This document shows positions 45,562 through 56,500 of a DNA stretch of 64,000 nt, in pieces; within the stretch, counting starts at the first letter, position 1; each line of letters starts with the position of its first letter. Both the position numbers and the translations under genes were made by a program. The DNA lies in contig CH464491.1 in assembly GCA_000002445.1 (NCBI GenBank), forward strand, positions 96,001 through 160,000, in the 5' to 3' direction. The notes beneath the pieces were generated by a model. It was not told the DNA's origin. It worked only from the letters and a program-made list of their open reading frames with translations, and did not search any database. This DNA is from Trypanosoma brucei (lineage: Eukaryota).

Positions 45562-47121
45562 CTAGTCAGATGACATGATCGAGCGCACAATAGCCTCGAT
45601 CTGCTCATCAACCAGGTCCTCGTGAAGTATCACGCTATACAAAGCGCTTCCCACCACGTCGTGTATGTGCTTTGAGAATTTGTCAAGCGAAATACATGAA
45701 CCCGCGCTGCCTTCCCCATCCTCGCGACCCCGCTGGTTTTGCTGAACAGCTTCACGGCACAACAACTGCACAAGGCGGCAACAGTCCACGGCATTGGTGT
45801 TCTGCGCAACACCAAGGAGACGAAGGAATTTCAGCAACGTGAAATGTGTGCTGCGACGGGCCACGAGTCCCACGATGATTCTTCTTCTTGCTTCGAAATC
45901 CCAATCAGTCAACATAACCTTGACGGCTGTGGTTCCTAGCGTAATTTGATGACGACGGAGATTGTGAATGGCCTCGACGTCGTCATCGATCTCAACTACC
46001 AACCGGTTTTCATCAACTACATCAAGGCATCGTGACAAAATCTTCCCCGTGAGCTGCAGGTTTTTGGATACTAACGCCAGCAACTCACTACCCTCAGCTC
46101 GCACTGTCAGTTCACTATGATACAGTAGAGCGAACAGGGAGTCCAACAAAACCTGCGCGCTCCCGACGGGATCTTCTGGATTTATACCCACAACAGGGAC
46201 GGAGCCTGTATTTTCCGCATTATTAGCAGCCACAGAGTCCATGTATTTCTTCTCCCACGAGGTCTGATAGGTGCGTAATGTGCGTGCAGCGTACAGTGCA
46301 GCAGCAGCCGTTGTTTCTTCGTTGGGAAGGAGTCGTATGAGTCCAAGGTAAACAGGAGAGTTCAGCGAGCGGCTGCTCCCCTCACCAACCGCTAAGAACA
46401 GGGCGGAAAAAAGGTCAAGTATTTTTTCATCCTCTTCCCGACGCATTGCCTCTATAAGCAACTCTACACCATTTTCATCACAAATCATTTCACGGTAAAC
46501 ACGCCCCGCATTCGCGATGTACAGGAGCAGCAGTACAGCTTCCTGACGGTCCTCCACGCAAAGAGTCCCCGTGGCTAACGTGTCAGCAAGCGTCGTAGCT
46601 CCACCAACCTCTGCAAAGCAGGTTAGATAACGTACCCCCCGTATGAACACCGAAATCGCCGAAAGGACAGAACGGAGTCCGACGCCCAACTTGTAAGTTA
46701 GGCGCAGCCATGCTGTGATGCGTGTGAAGAAGAGAATAGAGGCATCACCAAGATCAACCTCTATTCGTCTACTGTTGCTCTCTGAGTGAAGAGTGAGGAA
46801 AGCCTCCAAAATCCTAAGTCTGACGCTACGGGACCCTCGGTCCCACTCCTGCAGCCAAACAGCCGCTCTCCTTCCCGCTAGCGTGGGACTCAACATAGCC
46901 TTCAAGGCCTCCTTCCGACGACCCTCCGTTTGTTGCACTCGCCAAACGCAAGGTTTGGTGTTCGACCTGGTTCCAGGAGAAACTTCGACAGGGGGAGAAA
47001 AGCCGTTCGCAGGCGACGGTTGTGAGCGTTCATTTAGTTCTAATTCCTCATCTACATCTGGTTCCTGTGGTGCTCCGATCCGTGGTTGCTTTCCCATCGC
47101 CACATCTTTCTTTGGTGGCAT
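45562..47121 (-). CDS. Conserved hypothetical protein (helical, possibly ARM/HEAT-like)
   Basis: 519-aa ORF, co-oriented with the unit. No diagnostic motifs. Confidence 0.45.
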   Translation of the reverse strand: MPPKKDVAMGKQPRIGAPQEPDVDEELELNERSQPSPANGFSPPVEVSPGTRSNTKPCVWRVQQTEGRRKEALKAMLSPTLAGRRAAVWLQEWDRGSRSVRLRILEAFLTLHSESNSRRIEVDLGDASILFFTRITAWLRLTYKLGVGLRSVLSAISVFIRGVRYLTCFAEVGGATTLADTLATGTLCVEDRQEAVLLLLYIANAGRVYREMICDENGVELLIEAMRREEDEKILDLFSALFLAVGEGSSRSLNSPVYLGLIRLLPNEETTAAAALYAARTLRTYQTSWEKKYMDSVAANNAENTGSVPVVGINPEDPVGSAQVLLDSLFALLYHSELTVRAEGSELLALVSKNLQLTGKILSRCLDVVDENRLVVEIDDDVEAIHNLRRHQITLGTTAVKVMLTDWDFEARRRIIVGLVARRSTHFTLLKFLRLLGVAQNTNAVDCCRLVQLLCREAVQQNQRGREDGEGSAGSCISLDKFSKHIHDVVGSALYSVILHEDLVDEQIEAIVRSIMSSD

Positions 47122-47257
47122 CCATACCTAACGTTTAAAAAATTGGCGTGACTCGGGAAGATAATAACAACACATAAAGGAATAGTAGAGCATCACAAAT
47201 GGATAAAATCAAACGTCTAAAAATGCAAACTCCCTAGCACATGGCAACCGATAGTTT

Positions 47258-47268
47258 GGGGGGGGGGG
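47258..47268. repeat. G11 homopolymer (C11 on the coding strand), in the intergenic region upstream of the 45562..47121 gene
   Basis: 'tttgggggggggggag' read directly. Confidence 0.9.
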
Positions 47269-47468
47269 AGTATCATTTCTTGTCATTTCTTTTGGCATAT
47301 GCCTGATTTCACCCCACCCTAGCACCCCAGACACGGTTGAAACTGGTCCACACCACCCATGCATGAACACACGTACACAAAAAAAAAACGTCTCATCCCC
47401 GGTGAGCCGCCGCAATGGATACGCCACAAACCAAATCATCCGGAAGATAACCCATTGCCCTCATAAAG

Positions 47469-48032
47469 TCAACGTGTCGCAGCGCGTAGCATCCGCTTAA
47501 CCGGGCGAAAGGTCATGGAAATTACAAGCATGGCAATACCCGCCAAAAACAACACCAACATCCCAGCCTGGGCCTTAATGAGACGCCGCTGCCGCTTTGG
47601 GAGCAGCTGAAACTGAAGCCGCTGGCGGTCACTGTCAGAAGAGTGCGCCCGTAAGTAATACGGTGAAGCAGGATCTTTTAGCACCTCATGCGCCCTGAAG
47701 ACGCGGTCAACCATCTGCGCGTTGGGAGTGGGGCCATTTGGTCCATATTTTGCGCTCATCCGCTTAAAGGCCTCATCAATATCGTCGACAGTGCATGATT
47801 CATTGAGGCCAAGCACATCCAGAGGGTTGAATTGAGCTAGAAAGGCCTCCTGGTCACGCTTTCCCGGAATCTGAGCGAACTGCGTACGCACTTGAACCCT
47901 GAGAAACGTGGGGCCAAGTAGTGAAGCGACAGCGGACCGCCGCAATCTAACGCTCACAGTATGTGGGGCACGAAGGTACAAGGCACTAGGTGCACCGCGA
48001 AGCACGGTGACACGGGAACACGACCGATTCAT
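47469..48032 (-). CDS. J-like domain protein lacking the HPD motif, with C-terminal TM helix (Pam16/Tim16-like?)
   Basis: 187 aa. Presequence-like N-terminus. J-domain-like 'DVLGLNESCTVDDIDEAFKRMSAKYGPNG...VFRAHEVLKDP' with no His-Pro-Asp. C-terminal hydrophobic 'MLVLFLAGIAMLVISMTF'. Confidence 0.4.
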   Translation of the reverse strand: MNRSCSRVTVLRGAPSALYLRAPHTVSVRLRRSAVASLLGPTFLRVQVRTQFAQIPGKRDQEAFLAQFNPLDVLGLNESCTVDDIDEAFKRMSAKYGPNGPTPNAQMVDRVFRAHEVLKDPASPYYLRAHSSDSDRQRLQFQLLPKRQRRLIKAQAGMLVLFLAGIAMLVISMTFRPVKRMLRAATR

Positions 48033-48549
48033 GGAAACAAGCTCCTAACGATAAATGAAGACGGTGCACACTCTTGTACACAAAACTCAGAGACTTCAAT
48101 TCGTAGCCCCTGAACTACGCCCCACAGCGATAGATTAAGTTGTTACTACCCCCTGCGGCGTACTATGTACAAGAGAGTTGAAGGGCGAAGGTAGACAAAA
48201 ACGTAGCAGTAAGGATTCACGACAATTTACGCACTGAAACAAAGGAAAGAGAAAGCATCGTGAGTAAACGGTGACACGAAGGTTGCTGTACCGATAGGGC
48301 CGACACACACATACACACACACACACGCACGTAGATACCTTCACTGAACTGCAAAGGAGGGAAGAAACCACGAGGTGGAGCAAAGCGATGAAAAAAAGGG
48401 AACACGCAAAAAAAATCCACAAAGACCCAATGACCACAGTTTTAAAAAATGCCGGGCACCATGCGAGCGACACAACACGCCAGTCTCACCTAGTGCAACA
48501 GCATGATGTGTTTTTTTCTCCTCTCTTCTGCGCTGTTTCCCTCTCCACC

Positions 48550-49131
48550 TTAGTCGTTTTCATAGAAAAGGATAGTTGGTTTCCGGCCATTCTTAAGTTC
48601 TGTGCTAACCAGGTCCCTGTCGAACAGTGCAATGAACTCCTCATTGTCGGCGCGGCTCTTATCTTGTGCATACCGTCTGTACTCCTCCAATATGCTAACC
48701 AAGTTCCAGCCCTGGAGTTTCCGCAGGCAGCCGCACACAATACCGGTGCGGTACCTGCCCATACTGCAAGTCAGCAAAAGAGGATAGCTGATGGGGTCAA
48801 TCAACTCATGCAGTATCCCTACAACAACAGGCTCCGAAAGCGTCATGCTCCCTCTATGATGACCAACTCCACTCATCTCAACGCAAGTGCGACTTGGGTG
48901 AGAATCATCGTGCAGCGGGCATACGGTGCGTATGTTGTTTTCGCGCAACCACTGAACAAATGCCTCGTCATGACTGTCCGTCAAGAGCACACAGGTGCGT
49001 AACTTAAGAGAAGCTAAGAAGCCGTAGTGACATGGCTCCGGCGCACCACATCGGTAGATGCGCTCCTCGACGTACCCAAAATTTGACGGTACTATCATGC
49101 TGCGCCAGTTGCAACTAAGAACTGACTCCAT
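48550..49131 (-). CDS. Protein-tyrosine-phosphatase-like protein, Siw14/OCA/PFA-DSP family (CX5R active site)
   Basis: Active-site loop 'LTCSMGRYRTGIVCG' (C-x5-R). Preceded by 'RIYRCGAPEP' and 'VLLTDS', typical of PF03162-family phosphatases. Start placed at ATG 49129-49131 (MESVLS...) because a polypyrimidine tract lies immediately upstream on the coding strand. The ORF track's longer version (to 49191) translates that tract. Confidence 0.55.
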   Translation of the reverse strand: MESVLSCNWRSMIVPSNFGYVEERIYRCGAPEPCHYGFLASLKLRTCVLLTDSHDEAFVQWLRENNIRTVCPLHDDSHPSRTCVEMSGVGHHRGSMTLSEPVVVGILHELIDPISYPLLLTCSMGRYRTGIVCGCLRKLQGWNLVSILEEYRRYAQDKSRADNEEFIALFDRDLVSTELKNGRKPTILFYEND

Positions 49132-49190
49132 CGTGGGGGAAAACAGGAAGAAAAGAAGGAACACAAAAGCAAAGAGATTTTTGACGCGCA
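49132..49190 (-). promoter_or_regulatory. Polypyrimidine tract upstream of the phosphatase ATG; candidate trans-splicing signal
   Basis: Plus strand 'gggggaaaacaggaagaaaagaaggaacacaaaagcaaagag' gives a C/U-rich minus strand ending at the ATG. Confidence 0.4.
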
Positions 49191-49373
49191 AAAGGTACTG
49201 TGACGGTGCTCAGTGACAAACACCCTCCCCTGCTGGAGTAGTTCTGCCATGAAGAGAAGAAGTTACTCCACCCATTGCGATGATAACAAAAGATTAAAAT
49301 GGGCAAGGGAGCGGTTTCCACAAATCGAGACAAGCCAAAACCGACGCAACCTGCTGTGAAACAGTCCCCATGT

Positions 49374-49976
49374 TTAGAAAGAAGGAAGCTTGGCACCAAA
49401 TTCTCCCTGTTGCCTCTGCCGCATTGCCGCATAGGGGTCGTGTCCGCCATCTGCCGCAACCTGTGTTTCGTGCATATCACGCTTCTCACGAATCCGCTCG
49501 TAACTCTCCTGTATTGCACACAGTGTGAGAGACATTTTCTTGTTTGTCTTAAGCTTTTCTCGCAACTTCATCATGAATTCGTCGTCATGCCCCGTGGACT
49601 CTGTCAGCACATTCATGTCTTTCGCCACACCACCCTCACGGCGAAGCGTCTCCACCCACTCAGCGTCATTTCGCATCTCCCGTTGGACCGCCTGCAGCCA
49701 CTTTTGATCGCAGCAAGCCTGCAAAACCTCGTGGTATAGTTGTGGGTTAAACATACGACCGCATGCAGTGGGATAAGGCGAATGCAACCCCACGCTACTG
49801 TGAAGGTGGTGACCGCGCCGTAACTCCCAACCAGGTGCCCCCTCTCCACCCGTCCCGTTACCGTGTCGCAGGGAATCATCTGTTGGTATCTGTCCCGGTA
49901 TAACACTCCGCTGCTGCAGGGCGATAAAAATACATGGAAGGTGCCCCCGAACGGTCCCTCCTAACGTGCGCCGCAT
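49374..49976 (-). CDS. Hypothetical protein
   Basis: 200-aa ORF, co-oriented, non-repetitive. No motifs recognised. Confidence 0.35.
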   Translation of the reverse strand: MRRTLGGTVRGHLPCIFIALQQRSVIPGQIPTDDSLRHGNGTGGEGAPGWELRRGHHLHSSVGLHSPYPTACGRMFNPQLYHEVLQACCDQKWLQAVQREMRNDAEWVETLRREGGVAKDMNVLTESTGHDDEFMMKLREKLKTNKKMSLTLCAIQESYERIREKRDMHETQVAADGGHDPYAAMRQRQQGEFGAKLPSF

Positions 49977-50961
49977 CGCTAAAGAAGCAAATTTAATATT
50001 TTATTCGGAATAACAAAGGCTAAGAAGGAGTTGGATTAAACGCGAGCGTTAGTCACCCCAATGCTCTCAAATAACAGTGGCTGGTTGCTTGCAGTAGGAA
50101 CGAATGGCACCATACGCTAACACTTTAGTTAAACGAAGCAACACCCCCTCCCCTCGGGGTTCGTATGAGGTACGAAAATCAACGGCACCCAAACCAAGAT
50201 CAGTCCCACGCGCCACCAGCCTAGCGGAACCGGCGAAATAGTGCTCCAAGGAACTTGCCCAAAGAGCAGGACAAAAAGAGCATAGATATCACTACTTCTT
50301 GGGTATTCTCCCTTCCCCCAATCTTGCAGGCACAAACATGATGCAACCAAATCTGAAGCATACAAATACACGTATATATGGAGCCGTTTTCGCTAATCAC
50401 ACTCAGACCCATTAACACCATCAGCATACACACAGAACCAACGAAAGGGTCATGCTGAACCGTCTGCCACCATTTACCACTATCTGGAGCGCTGTTCCGA
50501 CTGGAGCAGAGTGCTAGTGCCTGCGTGGCAGCCGATCCTCCTCGTGGCGTTGTCAGCTATTGACAAACTATTGAAAGAAAAACAAAGGTATGGGCAGAAT
50601 AGAAAGGTGTGAGCTCCAATAGACGGACCCAAGAAAGTGTTTGCAAAATATAGATAGACGTAAAACCCCTTCCACATTCCTACACCCTGTGTCAGGTAGT
50701 AACGACCACGCGATGCGCACAAGTAAAGTGCGTGCACACCATCAGCTGAAACGACATAACGACAAAAGAAAAGACAAAAATATATAAATATGTTCCTTCT
50801 TCCACTACTCCACACATTTCGCAACAACAAGAACAGTGTGTTACACCAACTCAGACCATTACGATTCTCCTATTATGGCATCGCCCACCCAAGTGTGTCC
50901 CTTTTCCACCATCCCGGACCGAAAGGAGGGGAGAAGGGGAGGGGTGCCCAATTGTTTCCTA

Positions 50962-51282
50962 CTACTTAGTGAAAGCTTCAGCAAGCTGCTGGAGCTCTGC
51001 GGGCACACCTTCAAGCTGACCTGGAGTGGTGGCCCTGACGCCTTGCTGCATCAGCTTGATGGAGTCCAGTGCCTGTTGCCTCTCAACGTTCTGCTGTCGA
51101 ACCTTGCGCTGATGCTCCACCCACAGCCGGTCGTTAGCACTTTTTTCAATGTAGCCCTTCTGTACTCCCAACCACGCCGCAAAGAAGTACGCCACGTTGC
51201 GCACCTGATGAAGTGTCTTTGGAGCTGCCTTAGCCGACATAAAGTGTGTGCAAGGCTTGTACCTAATTCCTTTTGGAGACAT
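50962..51282 (-). CDS. Small hypothetical protein with one predicted TM helix
   Basis: 106 aa. 'VAYFFAAWLGV' hydrophobic segment followed by a charged helical tail. Resembles small mitochondrial membrane-complex subunits, but I cannot name one. Confidence 0.35.
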   Translation of the reverse strand: MSPKGIRYKPCTHFMSAKAAPKTLHQVRNVAYFFAAWLGVQKGYIEKSANDRLWVEHQRKVRQQNVERQQALDSIKLMQQGVRATTPGQLEGVPAELQQLAEAFTK

Positions 51283-51628
51283 GACAAAATTTCAACCGGA
51301 GAAACGCACCGAAAGAGCACCATACGCTCTGTTATCACAACAAAGATTTAAATAGCAGCCACGGATGATACTGAACGTGGAGGTAATGAAAGAAAGTGGC
51401 TCAAAAACGTCAGGTCTCACACACATGAATACATATACGATTTGGACCAAACGTGCAGATCGTAAATGAGCGTATCATCGATATATTCAACCATTAGCGA
51501 CGGACGCTTATCAAATAACTGGAGGAAGTCTTACGTAAGCAGAAGAATAGCGCCATTAAGCCAAACAACAGGGACAGGGTTACACAACCACAACACCTAC
51601 AATCGGGCTTGAACAACAACAAAAAAAG

Positions 51629-52187
51629 TTACTTCACGCTTACTCCCTCGAATTGGGAGGCGCCATCAACGAAGCCATCCGCGGGTGGCTCCCTAGTGCG
51701 GGAGCGGAAAGCTGCTGCGGGGATGTAAACGTCACTCTCAGTATGCACCTTACCCAACGCATTACCGCGGAAACAAACGTTTATGCACGCAATACCGCAA
51801 AGACAAACTGCGGCTCCCTTCAGTGATCGCTTCCACGAACCCGTCGCTTCTGTTCCCCCAAACCACGTCGCAGAGGCCGCCTCCCGATAAGCCACCTGGT
51901 GCGGGATCGAGCAGTAACCACCCACAACAGGTGCGCTCAGCCTCCTCATAAGCAGTTTTGCTATCCCACACGCACCCTCGACACTCCCCACTCTGTGATG
52001 TATATACCCTTCTTTTACAACAGCCTAAATCGAAAGAGAGGAGGGGAAGGAAAACAATACTTACAGTTGGCCATCTTTGTTGCAACCTTGTAGTTCCCGA
52101 GAGTCCCCAACAAACAATGGGGCACGGATTTCCGCCAATATGTGCTACAAATGAAACAAAAGAGGTAAGTTTACGCACGCTATGCAC
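51629..52187 (-). other. Ambiguous coding region: two overlapping minus-strand ORFs in different frames (120 aa and 141 aa)
   Basis: ORFs 51629..51991 and 51762..52187 overlap by about 230 nt in different frames. Either one small gene, a frameshifted/degenerate gene, or chance ORFs. Confidence 0.15.
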
Positions 52188-52248
52188 GTGTGTGGTGTCT
52201 AGTATACATCCCAGCTATCAGCGCCCACGTTGCACGTCACTAGGGATG

Positions 52249-53319
52249 CTACGCCAGTTTGAAGTTGTGTCGACTCATGCGACTTGGCTTCAACTCCACG
52301 CCAGGCCCGTAGCGGTCCTCTGGAACCGGGTCCAGTTTCTGTACCGGTCGTGTGAGTGTGGGCGCAGACTCTTCAATCGTATGAAAGGTACGACCAAATT
52401 TACTGCAATAAGTGGGAATATGGCCAGCGTAACCAGGTAGAAACCGTTTGTACATTTCCCCTGGAGGTCTTTCCTCACGACCGCGGATCCACTCGTCCTT
52501 ATTATCGCGGTCGGTATAATAATCAAACCCGCGTTCCCTCCGTTGAGTGAGAGGCAACACGGGAGGGAGAGCGGGGGCAACCTCATGTGGTGATTCCGGC
52601 GAAAACCTCACCATCGAGAGCCAATCTACAACCGATTCCTCGTCCCCAACTGCATTAAGAAGTATAGCAGCGAAAAAGTTCAAAACATCCCGGGGAGGCA
52701 CATATCCTTTGGGATATAGCGACGGAGTAAATACGGTTTGCAGCTCCACAAGTGCAGAGGCGATGACAGGCGATTCGCCTGCCTCCGGGGTTGCGCTCCT
52801 TGCAACCAGCGCCTCCTCGAGGGTGCGTCGCAGGACATCCAAAGGAATCATTGGCGCGGAGTCGTAATCAGTATACATTCCCATCAGCATGCTTATCTGC
52901 TCCTCCCGAAGGCATCTAAGAGGACACACAAGCTCAAGGAACTGGTCAACAATAAACCCTCCCTCGTCCGAGTAGGCTGCTCGAAGGGACTTGTGTTCCT
53001 CTGGAGTAAGCAAAACTCCACACTGAACCATAACCGACTTAAAGGTTACGGGATTGATGCGACGTCCTTTTTTGCTGTCATCGCTGTCTTTTTCTGTGCT
53101 CCTGTGCAGCATCTTCTCTAGATTCAGGTAACCAAACGCGCCCCCCCGCAGTAACAGATTGGTTACCTTCTTTAATATCGGGGCGTTCCGCTCCTTGTAG
53201 ATTATTATCTCCGTGGGGCTGAGAACGGCGTAGTCGAAACTCATATTTCCCTTTAAGATGATAGTAGATTCGATGGGGAAAAAATACATCCACGTGGTCA
53301 CGAAAAGCTTATGAATCAT
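52249..53319 (-). CDS. Hypothetical protein with C-terminal 'PGYAGHIP' motif (possible CIMIP2/FAM166-like ciliary motif)
   Basis: 356-aa ORF. Alternative start at ATG ending 53244 (MSFDYAVLS...). 'RFLPGYAGHIPTY' resembles the repeated (V/I)PGY(T/S)G(F/Y)IP motif of DUF2475 axonemal proteins. Single copy only, so weak. Confidence 0.4.
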   Translation of the reverse strand: MIHKLFVTTWMYFFPIESTIILKGNMSFDYAVLSPTEIIIYKERNAPILKKVTNLLLRGGAFGYLNLEKMLHRSTEKDSDDSKKGRRINPVTFKSVMVQCGVLLTPEEHKSLRAAYSDEGGFIVDQFLELVCPLRCLREEQISMLMGMYTDYDSAPMIPLDVLRRTLEEALVARSATPEAGESPVIASALVELQTVFTPSLYPKGYVPPRDVLNFFAAILLNAVGDEESVVDWLSMVRFSPESPHEVAPALPPVLPLTQRRERGFDYYTDRDNKDEWIRGREERPPGEMYKRFLPGYAGHIPTYCSKFGRTFHTIEESAPTLTRPVQKLDPVPEDRYGPGVELKPSRMSRHNFKLA

Positions 53320-53507
53320 AAAATTGCCAACGGAACTCGTGAAATTTTTTTAGGAAACGTGAAAAAAAAAAGGTGGTGGAAAACATGCTCACACGAAAGG
53401 GAAACCACCCCCTCTTCACCGCCCTTCCCCACAACTCGTTACACGTTACTCCTTCCAGAAACACAGCAAGAACACAAACAACACAGAGGCTGGCAACCAA
53501 ATAGTGC

Positions 53508-56500
53508 TCAGTGCACAACTAAAATCTCACCTCCTACAGACATAACTCGCCTCAAGGGGTGCACTGCCAACGATCCCGGAAAAATTGGTCCCTGAACCCT
53601 CGTTTGGATCGCCCTGCGCAGAATCGGCCGGCCCCGCGCATTTAACGCCGTGTACGTACCATCTGCGAAAAGCACACCCAACATGCCCGTGTGCGTGCCC
53701 GCGTCAAAAGCACGAATCGGTGGAGGTTTCGCCGCGGAGGAAGGGACAACTGCATCACAGAGTTCGTTTACACGAACTTCAAGATACGGCGCATTGACTT
53801 TCCGCGTGTCGTACAGGTACACTGCACTACGGCTTGCCATTGCAATCGTTAACTGTGCCACATCTCTCTCGACAGGTCCAGCTCCCAGAACGGCCTCCAT
53901 TGGAGAATATGAGGTTGTACCACAGCGGAGAGACCCTACTGCGCCTAAAAATCCTTGCTTCTGTCGGTCATCGTAGTAACGGACAAGGCCATCTGAGCAA
54001 CCCGCAAATACCGCACGGCCAGTTGTATGTGCACTGAGAGAGGTGATGGTAGGATCGCCTGACACCTTCAACTGTTGAATCACCTGCTCCTCATCAAGCG
54101 AAAGGATGTGTATCTCAGTTCCACCGCCATAGCCGATGGGTCCCCCATAAATGAGGTTAGCGTTGTGCGAACGGTACGCAGATTTGATGTCCACTGTGCG
54201 TTGAGGTGGACACGCAGAGAATACAGCCACCTCCACTGGCGAACCCTGGGTCTTTTCCCAGCAGTCCCGTATCAGACTGTAGCCACCACGCTGATTCACG
54301 AGCAGTAGACCCGCTTGCTCAGAGGCATCGTTGATCACTAAAATATCGTGCAATGGTGAGGCAAGATGAACTTGAAAACTGTGAACTGTTTCCTGCACGC
54401 TATACGACTCATATGACACGTGATAAATATACTGATTTCTTGTGGCTATCACCATCGCCGTCTCGAGCACACGGAGAGTGGAACAGATCACTTGATCGCA
54501 CGGAAGCAGACTTTGCAATATTTGATGTGGTGCGTAAACCAAATCCAAGTTCACTTTCTCATCTCCAGCACCGGGTATACCTGAACTGTGATTAGCGTTA
54601 TAAGTCGCGGAGTGGCCATCCACCGCTAACGACCTTGTCCTGTTGGCCGCAGTTGTGCACATTGACGGAGGCTCGGTCTTCTGGTCGTGCAGGTCAAGAA
54701 CAATTCGCTGCATGTTGTCAGCATTCCGTGTCACACGCGCGCGTTCCGCCTCCGACATAAAATGCGTTGAATTGGCAGACACAACACTCGACATACTGCG
54801 GAGGCTCTCATTCGTAAACCGCTGCGATTCGGGTCGCTTATTGTCACCTAACTTCTCCAACGCCGCTGTAACCATCACTTTGTCGCACGCCTGATACAAG
54901 CTGAAGAGCATCAGTGCAGCATCGTGTACCATTCCTCGTAATACCGGGAGGTCCTCAGAACGAATATCATCCATAGCGAGAGGAGTCCATGGCGGCTCAG
55001 TTAAATCAGCCGGAGCGCATGGTGCATTTTCGAACACGCTTTTACTGTTAAAACACCTATTAGCTGTGGGACGAGATGTGTTAAGCATTGACTTAACCTG
55101 GACATCAGGTTCATCAAGAAACCAACTAGGGAAACACTGACCAACCTCCTGCATGTAAACCACATAACGAGTTTTGGCAGTGGTGTCTTGCAGTGACGGC
55201 AAAAAGGGGCCGTAATGAAACAACACCGTGCACGCAAAAAGAACCAGCTCTTGCCTAACGATCACGCTGGCATCGTACACCATGCCGCGCAGCTTGATTA
55301 GAAGCGTCTTCTCCACCTGCAAGCGCCGCACTGCGTGCTCACCGGGGGCCTCGCTTACTCGGAAACCAATCAGCGAGGACAGCAGCGTGACGCAGGAACC
55401 GCGCACAATCGGTGACTTGTCCTGCAGTAAGTGCGTAAACAAACCCACATGCGTCGTACACTTTCGTGATACAAAGTCCTTAGCGAACTGCAGACTAAAA
55501 AGAAGCTGTGCAAGAACTAAGCATGACCACGACCTCACTTCGGCACTGGGGGATTCTAAGAGGGATGCCGCAGCGTTGAGCAACCCACCGTTCCAACACT
55601 CTACACATGCAGTGGTGCCACCATGTCGAAGAAGTTGACAAAACAAGTAGCATGCAATTTCCTTGCATCTTCCGAGATCCACTCCCTCCATGAGGTAGCA
55701 TGAAATCTGTGCTGGACACGCAGAATTGTTACCACTTGCTTGGGTGTCACCTCTCCCAACACGGCGGTTCACGTTGTTCAACGCGCGCAACGGCGCCACC
55801 TGCCCGCGTTCCACAGTCTGGACACATAAATCCTTTTCCGTCAGCGTCAGTACTTTAATGAAGCGGTTTCCCAGCCGCCTCTTAATCAATTCGGACGTAC
55901 CCAGACTTTCATCAACCCGTAACACTTGCATCCAGAGCACACTTGCCATAAGAAACAGCTCTTGGTTCCTCAACAAACTGGTGATGTGTGTGAGAATGCC
56001 GCAAAGAATCGCCCATTTTCCTGCAATCACGTCTGAGTCTAAATAAGTGACTAGCAGTGTGAGTGCGGCAACACAACATTGGGGACGCTTCAAGGCCGAG
56101 AGAACAGAGGGCAACTCCTCAGGTTGTTCCCTCATGTCTCCCGACTTCAGCCAAACCTCAAATGACATCAACTGATCTTCAAAAAATGTTGATGGCTTGT
56201 ACGTGTAGTTGGGATTTAGCACTAGATCTCGCGTCAGGAGGTCTGGTAGTTGACAAATAACATTCTCCAACGTGTAGTCCCAGAGGTCCCAAGCATGGTG
56301 CAAGTGGGCTTCTTCGGGTATGGGTGGATGAGTTTGCGGTACGCAGCCAACCTCGCGTAGGAGCCGATCGGCCAGTAAGAAATTCCGAAACAGTACCATC
56401 GTGGTTTCGTCCCGCCGAAACAACTTGCAATACAACGGGGAAGGCACGATGCACCAAGCGACAATGTCAGTCACAGCAGTCAAGATAAGCTGCAACTCAC

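Noticed and set aside
48388-49002. Plus-strand 204-aa ORF
   Set aside because: It lies entirely antisense to the phosphatase gene (48550..49131) in a window where every other gene is on the minus strand. It has no motifs, so it is most likely a shadow ORF.
50836-51351. Plus-strand 171-aa ORF
   Set aside because: It overlaps the minus-strand 106-aa ORF in antisense. The plus-strand sequence has no motifs and runs against the orientation of the unit.
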